Assembly (NCBI RefSeq): GCF_026914285.1
Contig: NZ_CP113864.1
Location: 148,582-212,581 of the forward strand
Source of the DNA: Caldicellulosiruptor naganoensis
GTDB lineage: Bacteria; Bacillota; Thermoanaerobacteria; Caldicellulosiruptorales; Caldicellulosiruptoraceae
Length of the DNA: 64,000 nt
Reading direction: 5' to 3'
Made by a program: the position numbers and the translations under genes
Shown: positions 1 through 9,072 of the stretch, piece after piece
Layout: the number at the start of each line of letters is the position of its first letter
How positions within the stretch are numbered: the first letter of the stretch is position 1
Notes under the pieces: model-generated
Told to the model about the DNA's origin: nothing
Databases searched by the model: none
The model's input: only the letters and a program-made list of their open reading frames with translations

Positions 1-556
1 TAAAATCCTATTGTAATATGTATACCTATTTTTGCTTCTGAATCATTTTTGGGACTTCTCAGCGGCGTAGAGTCTACTATCGCTATACTCATATCAGGTT
101 CTATTTCAGCTATTAATACATCTTTTATATCTTGCATGTATTCTTCTTCTATTTTTCTTGATAACTTTGCAAAATATGAATAGTCCGGACTTTCTTCTAT
201 ACCTACTACTTGCTTAAACTCTGTGTCTTGATTTATTCGATATTCTAATTCTCTGAAACTCTTTATCCCCTTTTTAACTTTATAAACCAAACAAGCTATT
301 ATCTGAAACAGATTAAATTTCCTCGGTCGTCCCCTTCTATTTTGCTTTATCTTCCTCGATAAAACTTCAGTAACCTTTTTATTACAAAAAGCAGCTTTGA
401 AAATTTCTCATTTTGTGATTTAATATTCATGTATATCTTTTCCCCCTTGTGTTTTTTTGTGGTTTTCTCTTAAATTAAAATTATAACACAAGGGGGATTT
501 TTTTCTTTTTTTACTGTGTTTACTCTATATGGTTATTTCTTTTATTCAACAACCCC
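1..556 (-). mobile_element. Partial copy (cut by the window edge) of a roughly 1.1-kb IS5/IS4-like insertion sequence, in inverted orientation relative to the copy at 11373..12474
   Basis: Bases 1-556 are the near-exact reverse complement of about 11376-11931. The match includes the subterminal hairpin cccccttgtgtt...aacacaaggggg and the end motif ttttattcaacaacc. Similarity stops at about 556. Confidence 0.8.
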
Positions 557-885
557 TGTTTAAAAAATTAATATTTAGACTATCATCTTTGTATAAGAAG
601 TTATCTCCTTTATTTTTTCAGCTTAATTCTATTCTCCATTCTTTACTTTCCTTATATCCTGAATTTAGTTATAGTCTACAAACAAAATTATTACAATATT
701 GTTTTTTGCTACATTTACTCTATGTAGCAATCTTTTTATTTAACAATTGGTGTATTTTTCCTATTTCCAAACTTATCATTTTAAAAACACAAGAAAATTT
801 AAGAAATTTTGAGCTATTTAAAGAAAAGTGTATTCTGAGCTCAAAATTTAGTTGAAAATGGTCTAAAAAAAAAAAAAAAACGGGA

Positions 886-915
886 TTGACAGAGTGAAAA
901 TGTATAAGATAAAAT
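886..915 (+). promoter_or_regulatory. Sigma-A-like promoter candidate (TTGACA-N18-TAAAAT) upstream of the bacteriocin ABC exporter, preceded by an A16 tract (865-880)
   Basis: ttgaca at 886-891 and taaaat at 910-915. It lies about 110 bp upstream of the ATG at 1026. Confidence 0.4.
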
Positions 916-1025
916 TTGCATAGAAATTCCAAGAAGAAATTTACAGAAAAAATAGTCCAAGTACAAAACAGACTAAATAAGATAATAAAGAAGGAAACAT
1001 ATTAAAAATCAAGTGGGATGAAGAG

Positions 1026-3230
1026 ATGAGTAAAAGATACTATTGTGTAAAGCAGCATGATATAACCGATTGTGCAGCAGCGAGCATAGCAACAATTTGC
1101 TTGCAATATGGAAAAGAAGTATCGATAGCCAGAATAAGGCAGATAGCAGGGACAGACAGGTTTGGCACCACAGCATATGGAGTTGTAAAAGCGGCAAAAG
1201 AGCTTGGATTTGAAGCAAAAGCAGTCAGGGCAGAAGCAAAAGAAGCAATATTTGAGAAGATACCACTTCCGTGTATAGCACATGTACTGATAGATGGCAA
1301 GCTATTTCATTATGTAGTAATACATGAAATAAAAAAAGAAAGGATAGTAATAGCAGACCCTGCAAAGGGAATAGTTAAGCTAAAGCCAGAAGAGTTTTTT
1401 AAAATATGGACAGGCATTTTGATATTTCTTGTGCCAAATGAGAGGTTCAAGAAAGGTAAGCAAGAGGGAGTTTTGAAGAAGTTTTTTAAACTGCTGGGTT
1501 TGCAGAAGAGCTTGATATTGAATATTTTTGCAGTGTCAGTTGTATATACCTTGCTTGGTATAGCGGCAGCATTTTATTACAAGTTTTTGATGGATGATGT
1601 AATACCAAATCTTTTGAAGAATACACTTCACGTTATAGCAGCAGGTGCGATACTGATTACAATATTCAAGGTGATATTAGGAGCATTCAGGGTAAGGCTT
1701 TTGATACATTTAAGTCAAAGATTAGATATTAAGCTGATGCTGGGGTATTATGAACATGTGATTAAGCTTCCGATGAGTTTTTTTGGTAGCAGGAAGATAG
1801 GGGAGATAATTTCGAGGTTTATGGACGCGTCAAAGATAAGGGATGCGGTATCAGGTGCAACGCTGACGCTAATGATAGACAGCATAATGGCAGTGGTAGG
1901 CGCAATTATTTTATACCTGCAAAATTCCACGCTGTTTTTTATATCGCTTGTGATGGTTTTGTTATATGCAGCAGTAGTGTTTGGATTTAACAGGGCATTG
2001 AGGGAAGCGAACAGGCAGGAGATGGAAGACAATGCAATTTTAACATCGTATTTGGTAGAGTCACTGAATGGGATAGAGGTAGTAAAGGCATTTAATATAG
2101 AAGAGGATGTAAATTTTAAGACTGAGAGCAAGTTTGTAAAGCTTTTGAAAGATGTTTTCAAGGTAGCGAATTTAAACAATTTGCAAAGTAATATAAGCAG
2201 TGCAATAGCAGCGGTAGGAGTTATAGTGATACTGTGGGTAGGTGCAGACAAGGTAATAAATGGGCAGATGAGCATAGGAGAGTTGTTTACGTTCAATGCA
2301 CTGCTTGCATACTTTGTAGACCCGATAAAAAATCTGATAGGATTGCAGCCGATGTTGCAGACGGCGATAGTTGCAGCCGAAAGGCTTAGTGAGATTTTGG
2401 AACTTGAGAGTGAGTTTCAAGGTGATGAAGACAGGAAATTATCACCCAGTTTGAAGGGAGATATAGAGATAGAGGGTTTGAACTTCAGATACGGTACAAG
2501 ACAGCTTGTGCTGAGGGATATAAATCTTAAGATAAGAAGAGGAGAGAAGATAGCGATAGTAGGTGAGAGTGGTTCAGGTAAGACCACGTTAGCAAAATTG
2601 CTTTTAGGATTTTATGATTATGAAAGCGGAGAGATAAGAATAAATGGCTATAACTTAAAGGATATAAACAAGAAGTATTTGAGGGAGAAGATAGCATATA
2701 TATCTCAAGACATTTTCTTGTTCAGTGGGACGATATTTGAGAATCTGGTGCTTGGAAACAGAAATTTAAAAATGGAAGAAGTAATTGAAGTGAGCAAATT
2801 AACAACACTGGACGAGTTTGTAGCAAAACTTCCTTTGAGATACAATACCATGATAGAAGAGAATGGAGCTAATTTGTCAGGCGGGCAGAAACAGCTAATA
2901 GCAATAACCAGGGCACTTTTAAAAAATCCTGAGATAATAATAATGGATGAAGCGACCAGTAACCTTGACTCTGTAACCGAGCAGGCGATAGGAAAGGTAA
3001 TAGAGAAGGTATGTGAGGGGATAACCACTATAATAATAGCGCACAGGCTATCTACGATTTTAAAATGTGACAGGGTTGTGGTAATGCATGAAGGCAGGAT
3101 AGTAGAGGTAGGGACACATGAAGAACTCATGGCAAAGAAAGGATATTATTATAACCTGTGGAGAGAGCAGCTGATGGGACTTGAGCAAAAAGGACTTTTG
3201 GATTCTGTTGGGAGTGCAACATTAAGATGA
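1026..3230 (+). CDS. Bacteriocin/peptide-export ABC transporter (permease plus ATPase) with an N-terminal C39 double-glycine peptidase domain (ComA/LagD type)
   Basis: The N-terminus has QHDITDCAAASIATI (C39 catalytic Cys context) and HYVVIHE...ADP (His/Asp). Six TM segments follow. Walker A is GESGSGKTT, the signature is LSGGQKQ, Walker B is IIIMDEATS. The gene is 734 aa. Confidence 0.9.
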   Translation: MSKRYYCVKQHDITDCAAASIATICLQYGKEVSIARIRQIAGTDRFGTTAYGVVKAAKELGFEAKAVRAEAKEAIFEKIPLPCIAHVLIDGKLFHYVVIHEIKKERIVIADPAKGIVKLKPEEFFKIWTGILIFLVPNERFKKGKQEGVLKKFFKLLGLQKSLILNIFAVSVVYTLLGIAAAFYYKFLMDDVIPNLLKNTLHVIAAGAILITIFKVILGAFRVRLLIHLSQRLDIKLMLGYYEHVIKLPMSFFGSRKIGEIISRFMDASKIRDAVSGATLTLMIDSIMAVVGAIILYLQNSTLFFISLVMVLLYAAVVFGFNRALREANRQEMEDNAILTSYLVESLNGIEVVKAFNIEEDVNFKTESKFVKLLKDVFKVANLNNLQSNISSAIAAVGVIVILWVGADKVINGQMSIGELFTFNALLAYFVDPIKNLIGLQPMLQTAIVAAERLSEILELESEFQGDEDRKLSPSLKGDIEIEGLNFRYGTRQLVLRDINLKIRRGEKIAIVGESGSGKTTLAKLLLGFYDYESGEIRINGYNLKDINKKYLREKIAYISQDIFLFSGTIFENLVLGNRNLKMEEVIEVSKLTTLDEFVAKLPLRYNTMIEENGANLSGGQKQLIAITRALLKNPEIIIMDEATSNLDSVTEQAIGKVIEKVCEGITTIIIAHRLSTILKCDRVVVMHEGRIVEVGTHEELMAKKGYYYNLWREQLMGLEQKGLLDSVGSATLR

Positions 3231-4627
3231 GAGAGGTAATATATGATTTTGGTGAACTTAGAGAAAGCAAGCTTTTGTATGAATCAGAGATTCCAAGGTA
3301 TGGACTTTTTATTACATATATTTTGCTTGCCTTAGTGATAGGACTTGTTTTGTGGAGTGTGGTAGGAAAAATTGATATAAATGTGAAGGTTCAAGGGATA
3401 ATAAGACCCTGGGAAGATGAAGCAAAGGTGATAAGTTATGTTGGAGGGAAGGTAAAAGAGGTTTTTGTAAAAGAAGGTGAATATATAAAGAAAGGTGATA
3501 TTTTATTTAAGATTGATGATGAGGAATATGTGAAGAAGAGGGATTTTTTGGAACAGCAACTTAGCGAATATGAGAAAAAAGTTAATGATTTAAAAGAATT
3601 GAGAAATAGCATAGAAAAAGGAGAAAGCCTCAGGAATAAAAATAATGCATACTATTTGAGGTACTTGAGCTATAGTTATGAGGTAAACAAGCTAAGAAAA
3701 GCTGCAGAAGAAGCAAGAGTGCAAAGAGAATACAGTATAATGGAATTTAAAAAGCAGATGGAGAGTTTGGATGAGAAGATTAAAAATATTAATAGATTTG
3801 AAAGCACGTTAAAAGAAGTAAAGGAAGTTGTAAGCAAAGGCGAGCAAGTTAAGCTAACGAAATACGACATAGGGTATTTGGAATTTATATTGAGTGAAAT
3901 AGAGGCTTACAATCAGCAGGTGAAGACAAAATTGGATGGTAGTAATATACAGAAGAAGATTTTAATATCGAAAATAGATTCAAAACTTGATGAGCAGAGA
4001 GAGTCAAAAAGTGAGATGATTTTGCAGAAACAGAAAATAGAAGGGCAGCTTGATTTGTTAAACATTTCGGGTGATGATACAAAAGAAGAAATTGAAAAGT
4101 ATAAGTTTGAAATGCTACAGCAGATTGATAATGAGATTAGTAATTTAAGCAGTGAAATAAAGAATTTAAAAATCAGTTTAGGTGAAACAGAGAAGTTGAT
4201 AGAAAGCTGTAATATAAGAGCGGAAAAAGATGGATATGTAGAATACAGTGCAAATCTTCTCAATGGAGCGGTGATAAATAGCGGAGCTGAGATTGGCAGA
4301 ATAGTTGGCAGTGGGTCAAGAGGATTTAGGGTTATTGGATACATACCAAACACAAAAAGCAGTGGCATAGAAAGAGGGCAAAGAGCAAAGGTAAAGATAG
4401 CAGGAGCAGATGTGTTGAAAGTATTGGAAGGGAAGGTTGTAAGGGTATCGCAGGATATAAAGGCAATAGGCCAGAGTGGGCAAGGGTTTTATGAGGTTGA
4501 GGTAGAAGTAAAGAAAGTTCCAAAAGGTATTAATTTGAGGGCAGGGCAGGCATGTGAGATGAGCATAGTGGCTAGGCAGGAGCGGTTGATTGAATGGGTA
4601 TTAAAGAAGTTGGGATTGAGGTTTTAA
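3227..4627 (+). CDS. HlyD-family secretion accessory (membrane-fusion) protein for the bacteriocin exporter
   Basis: It has an ATGA overlap with the upstream ABC gene and an N-terminal TM helix (LFITYILLALVIGLVLW). Long coiled-coil segments and a C-terminal beta-barrel-like region are present. The gene is 466 aa. Confidence 0.8.
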   Translation: MREVIYDFGELRESKLLYESEIPRYGLFITYILLALVIGLVLWSVVGKIDINVKVQGIIRPWEDEAKVISYVGGKVKEVFVKEGEYIKKGDILFKIDDEEYVKKRDFLEQQLSEYEKKVNDLKELRNSIEKGESLRNKNNAYYLRYLSYSYEVNKLRKAAEEARVQREYSIMEFKKQMESLDEKIKNINRFESTLKEVKEVVSKGEQVKLTKYDIGYLEFILSEIEAYNQQVKTKLDGSNIQKKILISKIDSKLDEQRESKSEMILQKQKIEGQLDLLNISGDDTKEEIEKYKFEMLQQIDNEISNLSSEIKNLKISLGETEKLIESCNIRAEKDGYVEYSANLLNGAVINSGAEIGRIVGSGSRGFRVIGYIPNTKSSGIERGQRAKVKIAGADVLKVLEGKVVRVSQDIKAIGQSGQGFYEVEVEVKKVPKGINLRAGQACEMSIVARQERLIEWVLKKLGLRF

Positions 4628-4637
4628 GGTGAGGCAA

Positions 4638-4668
4638 CAACCCTTTCATCAGCCGGCTGTGAGGGTTG
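4638..4668 (+). promoter_or_regulatory. GC-rich compound palindrome/hairpin (caaccct-N17-agggttg; loop contains cagccggctg) immediately 3' of the HlyD gene and about 65 nt upstream of precursor peptide 1
   Basis: A 7-bp stem is seen in sequence. There is no following T-tract, so it is not a canonical terminator. A paralogous structure lies at 5513-5540. Confidence 0.45.
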
Positions 4669-4733
4669 GGATATAGCTAAAATAAAAAATCATATTAAGC
4701 ATTCGTAAAATATATAAAGGAAGGAGGAGAAAT

Positions 4734-4994
4734 ATGGTAACTGTAATGCCAATGAATGAATTTATAAAATTGACAGAAGAGGACTTGATGATGATTGATG
4801 GTGGAGTATCTGGATGGGGAATTGCTTGTGGTGTTTTTACAATTGTAGCTGGTGCTTGTGCTGTTGTAGGTGGTGTTGCTGCTATGTTTGCCCCCGAGCC
4901 AGTTGCAACAAAAGTTGTAGGCTATTCAGCAATTGTTGGAGGAATTGCAACAATTGGTGCAGGTATTACAGGAATTATGTGGGCTTTAGAATAA
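4734..4994 (+). CDS. Class II bacteriocin precursor 1 (double-glycine leader; glycine-rich hydrophobic core peptide)
   Basis: The RBS is ggaggag. The leader ...MNEFIKLTEEDLMMIDGG is followed by a 62-aa Gly/Ala/Val-rich core, VSGWGIACGVFTIVAGACAVVGG... It lies directly downstream of the C39-ABC and HlyD genes. Confidence 0.75.
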   Translation: MVTVMPMNEFIKLTEEDLMMIDGGVSGWGIACGVFTIVAGACAVVGGVAAMFAPEPVATKVVGYSAIVGGIATIGAGITGIMWALE

Positions 4995-5180
4995 AGAAGC
5001 TTAGTTTAGTATTGAGTATTTGTTTGCAAATAATATGCAAATATTCAACTTGCACTTTTTGTGATATCAATTTATGGGCTTTTTGACACAAAGATGCTTT
5101 TTTAATAGTTTTTATAATGTTTTTATTTTTACTAATAAATTTAGCACTTTGTATTTTGTACTTTAGGCAAAGCGAAAGGA

Positions 5181-5387
5181 ATGATTATAAATATGAAAAG
5201 GAAAATAGGTAAGTTAATAATAGTGATAAGTGGTTTTGTTATTTCGATCTGTGGTTTACTAAATCTTATGATACTGGCAAATCCCACAAAAAAAGTTTTA
5301 TTTATTATAGGTCCCCTCTTGATAATATGTGGAATGATTGCAATAAAATTTGGATTTAATTTACTAAAAGGTAATAAGAATAGTTAA
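5181..5387 (+). CDS. Small two-TM membrane protein (candidate bacteriocin immunity protein)
   Basis: This is a 68-aa ORF with two hydrophobic helices, positioned between precursor genes. There is no homology evidence. Confidence 0.35.
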   Translation: MIINMKRKIGKLIIVISGFVISICGLLNLMILANPTKKVLFIIGPLLIICGMIAIKFGFNLLKGNKNS

Positions 5388-5462
5388 TTTTATTTAATGA
5401 AAATATAGAAAATATATACGTTGAATTTTTTAGTCAGAAAATGGAAAGTTATTGAGACACTT

Positions 5463-5540
5463 GATTGAATGGATATTAGAGAAATTGGGATTGAGATTAT
5501 AAGGATAGGCAACAACCTCTTTTGCGGCCGCAGGAGGTTG
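5463..5540 (+). repeat. Duplicated copy of the HlyD 3'-end/intergenic junction (paralog of 4588-4668) ending in a GC-rich hairpin (caacctc-N14-gaggttg; loop contains gcggccgc)
   Basis: gattgaatggatattagagaaattgggattgagattataaggataggcaacaacctc versus gattgaatgggtattaaagaagttgggattgaggttttaaggtgaggcaacaaccc are about 80% identical. Confidence 0.7.
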
Positions 5541-5577
5541 GGGTAGATAAAAAACAAAAAGAAAGGGGGAATCAAAA

Positions 5578-5784
5578 ATGGTAAATGAAAGTATTATTAA
5601 AAATGGATATTTTGTTGAACTTCAAAATAGTGAAATGGAAATTGTAAATGGTGGCTGGATTAACACATTTATAAATGTTGCGAAATGGACTTTTAAAGTT
5701 ATTGAGTATCTTGGCATAGTAGATGCATTACGAGAGTTTGGAAGAGGTTTTATTGATGGTTGGAATGAAGCAACACGCAGATGA
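5578..5784 (+). CDS. Class II bacteriocin precursor 2 (double-glycine leader)
   Basis: The RBS is aaaggggg. The leader MVNESIIKNGYFVELQNSEMEIVNGG is followed by a 42-aa Trp-rich amphipathic core, WINTFINVAKWTFKVIEYLG... Confidence 0.7.
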   Translation: MVNESIIKNGYFVELQNSEMEIVNGGWINTFINVAKWTFKVIEYLGIVDALREFGRGFIDGWNEATRR

Positions 5785-5818
5785 GTAATTTTTTAATTAT
5801 TCAAACTAAAAGAAGGGG

Positions 5819-6031
5819 GTGAATTTTGTGTATAAATTTATACAACTTGATGAAAGTGAAGCTTTAATAATAAATGGTGGAGAAACTCTTTTTTATGACA
5901 TTGGTAAAGCTCTAGGATATGGATTGGGTAAATTATGGAATTTCATTAGTAATCTCCCGTCATATTTTATTCAAAATCCACCTGTTGGTGGTCCGCCAAA
6001 TATCTATAGTCGCTATATATACTTTATTTAG
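5819..6031 (+). CDS. Class II bacteriocin precursor 3 (double-glycine leader; GTG start, possibly at 5828)
   Basis: The RBS is aagggggtg. The leader (M)YKFIQLDESEALIINGG is followed by a core ETLFYDIGKALGYGLGKLWNF... It is co-oriented with precursor 2 and 34 nt downstream of it. Confidence 0.6.
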   Translation: MNFVYKFIQLDESEALIINGGETLFYDIGKALGYGLGKLWNFISNLPSYFIQNPPVGGPPNIYSRYIYFI

Positions 6032-6050
6032 ATTAACAAGTATCAAGGAG

Positions 6051-6098
6051 CGACACCTTTCCGCAGAAGACGGAAAGGTGTCGTGGTTATTTAAAATT
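6051..6098 (+). terminator. Rho-independent terminator after precursor 3
   Basis: A perfect 13-bp stem, cgacacctttccg/cggaaaggtgtcg, is followed by a T-rich run. Confidence 0.8.
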
Positions 6099-6124
6099 TT
6101 ACATTTTAAGAATGGAGGATATTA

Positions 6125-6853
6125 ATGGAATACAACAAAAGCAGAGTTATAGAAGGTAAAAGCATTTTAAAATATATAGGTATTTTTTTATTCTCTAATA
6201 TAATATTACCAGGCATATTTTTTGCAATTATCTTTGGCAATGATATTCCATATATAGCTGTAATAGGTAGTATATGGAGCACTACTTTATTTTTTATAGT
6301 ATTTTGCAAAAGGGAGATAGAGACTTTATTTAATAATTCTATTTCAAAAATCAAAAGCAAACTGAATACTAAAAAGATATTATTTATTCTAATATTTGGT
6401 TTTTTGATAAATGTTATATTAAGTATTTTTGGAAGCATAATGATGTCTCAAGAAATTTCTGGCAAAAATAAAGTTTCTAATGATTTAATAAACGACATAG
6501 CTATGTATATGAAGGGCAACAATTATTTTACAAATGCAATAATGATGTTAGCAATAGTAATATCTCTTGGAATATTAGGGCCTATTATTGAAGAGGTTGT
6601 TTTTAGAGGACTTATTCTTCAAGCGCTGATGAATAAAATGAACATTGTAATGGCTATATTAATTGAGTCATTACTGTTTAGTATATTTCATTCGAATTTA
6701 TTTCAAGTTATTATTACGTTTATGTTTGGAATACTATTATCAATTGTTTGTATTCGTTTTGAGTCGATAATTGCTTCTATTATTTTACATATAGGTTTTA
6801 ATATGTCTTTTTTACTTAAAATATTATGTACAATTATTTTAAGTAAAATCTAA
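6125..6853 (+). CDS. CPBP-family (CAAX protease/Abi) intramembrane metalloprotease, bacteriocin-immunity type
   Basis: Motifs EEVVFRGL, FSIFH and HIGFN are present in a multi-TM context. Confidence 0.8.
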   Translation: MEYNKSRVIEGKSILKYIGIFLFSNIILPGIFFAIIFGNDIPYIAVIGSIWSTTLFFIVFCKREIETLFNNSISKIKSKLNTKKILFILIFGFLINVILSIFGSIMMSQEISGKNKVSNDLINDIAMYMKGNNYFTNAIMMLAIVISLGILGPIIEEVVFRGLILQALMNKMNIVMAILIESLLFSIFHSNLFQVIITFMFGILLSIVCIRFESIIASIILHIGFNMSFLLKILCTIILSKI

Positions 6854-7154
6854 AATATTTGAACTACAATGCATGGCTTTTTTTAGTTCTAAAGACTATT
6901 ACTCCAAAATTGTAATAGTAATGTATTTTCAATTATTTTTACACATTCATGTTGACAATTTTATAGTTTCTTGATGATAGCAAACTAAATCAAACAAAAT
7001 TTTTTGATATGGTAAATGAGAAAAAGTACATCAATAGTATGTAGCTATACAGTAGGCAAGTATGTGTGAAGGGTATAACAGAGAAAATTAATTATTATAG
7101 TAAAATAAATTTTTACAAACATACGAATGCTGGATTGTAAATGTTTTAAAGAGT

Positions 7155-7217
7155 CTGATAATGCTTATCTTAAGAATTTTTGCAAAAGGCTATAACTGCA
7201 ATATAGCCGTTTGCAAA
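7155..7217. repeat. Roughly 60-bp direct repeat (second copy 8997-9062) flanking the IS4-like element; it contains an imperfect palindrome ttgcaaaaggctata-N7-tatagccgtttgcaa
   Basis: gataatgctNatNtt...tttNtgcaaaaggctataactgcaata is present in both copies. The second copy forms the 5'UTR of the ABC-2 permease gene. Confidence 0.6.
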
Positions 7218-7458
7218 ATGAATAGATGTACAAACCATAAAATAGGAATACAGGAATAAAAGTCAAGAGGCTGCATAGGTAAATTGTGCTATTTACACAC
7301 AATAACAACATTATCAGCAACGTATGCAACTATAAATGTATTACCAAATAATTCAAAAGCCAAAAAAGGCAAAATTATATCAAACCCTTTAAAAAGGGTT
7401 TTTAGTGTGGGCAATTTGTAAAGGATTAAAAATGCATTTTTTAGAGTTAAGAGAAATC

Positions 7459-8901
7459 TTAGGCAATAAGTTTTTTAAGTTTTTGAAGTTTTTTGTAAGA
7501 GATATTTTGGTGATGTTTTAGTATGGCATAAGAGAGAATAAAGAGTAAAAGCATACAAATAGCAGAGAGTAAGAAGTCAGAAAAAAGTGAAATATGGTCA
7601 TATGAGAAAATGGTATCATGACCGAGAAAAGACTTTAGATTAAAAATAGTTTGCTCGATAGTAACTCTGGATTTGTAAAGTTGATAAAACTGGTCAGAAT
7701 TTCTATCGATACCTGGATAATACCGCAGGTTGGCATCCGGGTATGTATAGAACATCCTACCTGACTTAGAAGTAGTACAAGGATGTGGGCAAGTGCAAAA
7801 GCGTTTATTGTCTTTAATCTGAGAGCAAGGGCAGCGCCATTTAATTCTTGGGGAGCGATTTTTACCATTACAAAGACCTTCGTAGATAAAAGGTTTATTT
7901 AGTTTATTACAGAAGGGTATACCGTTTTGTGAGATAGTGATGTTAGGGTCAGAGGTAGGAGTATATGAGGTTTGGTTAGAATTTCTGGGGTTAATAGGGA
8001 TTATGACTTTAGAGAAATTGAAATCTTTGATGAGAGAAGAATAGACCATGTAAGAGTCAAGAGCACTGTCGGCGATAAAGGTTGAAAACTGATTGGATTG
8101 GAAATTGTGGTTTAGGTTAATCAAAGCGGGAATAAGAGCTTTTGAATCAGAGATAGCTTTAGAAAAAGCAGGGTCTTGAGGGTCATCAGAAGAAGGACAG
8201 AAGGCAGGAGTGATTACAAGAGGTAAACCAAATCCATTAGTGATGATAGCGAATTTGTATCCATAGCAGAAATGACCATTAGCGAACATACGAGTGATAT
8301 AAGGTGAAGCAGAAGCAGATTTGGGGAGGTTTGAGTATGTGAGATAATACACAGCAGAGGAAGTAAGGTTAGGGTTTTGAGATTTAGTTTTTCTGAGCAT
8401 AGATTGGATGAACTTAGGGTTATTTTCTTTGAGCATAGGAACTAAGGCGGTTGTGTCGAATATGATGCAAGAAGCAAGATCAGGGTTTATTTCAAGTGCA
8501 ATATTTTGAGCATATTTTGCGAGGTTATAAAAGACGTTTTCGATTTCGGAGCAAAAGATTTTTCTAAATCTTGAGAATGTAGAGATAGAGGGTATAGTAT
8601 CGAAGTTGCAGAAAGATTTAAGCTGGTAAGAGTTGAGCAAGACAGCACGGAGTTGAGTTAAGGTAGAGAATTTGAAGATTTTTTGGATGAAGAAAGCACA
8701 TAACATAGATTGCAAAGAGAAGCATCTATGTTTACCGAAGTATTTATAGTAGGCTTTAAAGAAGGATTGAGGGATGAAGCTTTTGATATTGATGTATTTG
8801 TTGAAGAAGCCAAGAAGGTTATGAGGGTTATTGAGAGCGAGGTTTTTAACGTCCTCATAAAGTTCTAAAAAAGAGAGTTGTTTATTATGATTTTTAAACA
8901 T
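7459..8901 (-). CDS. Intact DDE transposase of an IS4/IS1182-like insertion sequence
   Basis: This is a 480-aa ORF with DDE-region signatures (IIFDTTAL, FIADSALDS, YQLYKSRVTIEQTIFNLKS). The element ends were not resolved. Confidence 0.65.
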   Translation of the reverse strand: MFKNHNKQLSFLELYEDVKNLALNNPHNLLGFFNKYINIKSFIPQSFFKAYYKYFGKHRCFSLQSMLCAFFIQKIFKFSTLTQLRAVLLNSYQLKSFCNFDTIPSISTFSRFRKIFCSEIENVFYNLAKYAQNIALEINPDLASCIIFDTTALVPMLKENNPKFIQSMLRKTKSQNPNLTSSAVYYLTYSNLPKSASASPYITRMFANGHFCYGYKFAIITNGFGLPLVITPAFCPSSDDPQDPAFSKAISDSKALIPALINLNHNFQSNQFSTFIADSALDSYMVYSSLIKDFNFSKVIIPINPRNSNQTSYTPTSDPNITISQNGIPFCNKLNKPFIYEGLCNGKNRSPRIKWRCPCSQIKDNKRFCTCPHPCTTSKSGRMFYTYPDANLRYYPGIDRNSDQFYQLYKSRVTIEQTIFNLKSFLGHDTIFSYDHISLFSDFLLSAICMLLLFILSYAILKHHQNISYKKLQKLKKLIA

Positions 8902-9072
8902 TTTATCCTCCTCTTCATAGAAAATATGTTTTATACAGTTATATTTTACACTATCTATGAGGAGGAAGGAATACCTTTTTGAAGATTGTATAAAGCTTGA
9001 TAATGCTCATTTTGAGCGTTTCTGCAAAAGGCTAAAAAGGCTATAACTGCAATAGCAAAGGAGGTAGCACAA

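Noticed and set aside
529-855. A 108-aa ORF between the IS end and the exporter promoter
   Set aside because: It is a low-complexity Leu/Phe/Ser-rich translation of AT-rich DNA with no RBS and no motif. It is most likely non-coding spacer.
1748-2296. Antisense ORFs inside the C39-ABC gene, and similar antisense ORFs inside most large genes (e.g. 14360..15349, 39242..39940, 41091..42065)
   Set aside because: They overlap strongly supported genes on the opposite strand and have repetitive, motif-free translations. They are byproducts of codon bias.
4995-5060. A direct repeat TGCAAATA-N3-TGCAAATA after precursor 1, as a possible LytTR-type regulator site
   Set aside because: The centre-to-centre spacing of about 11 bp does not match the 19-21 bp typical of LytTR sites, and there is a single occurrence.
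4814-5086. A Cys-rich 90-aa ORF overlapping precursor 1 in another frame
   Set aside because: It is an alternative-frame reading of the Gly-codon-rich precursor gene (GGT/GGA read as Cys/Trp) and has no independent RBS.
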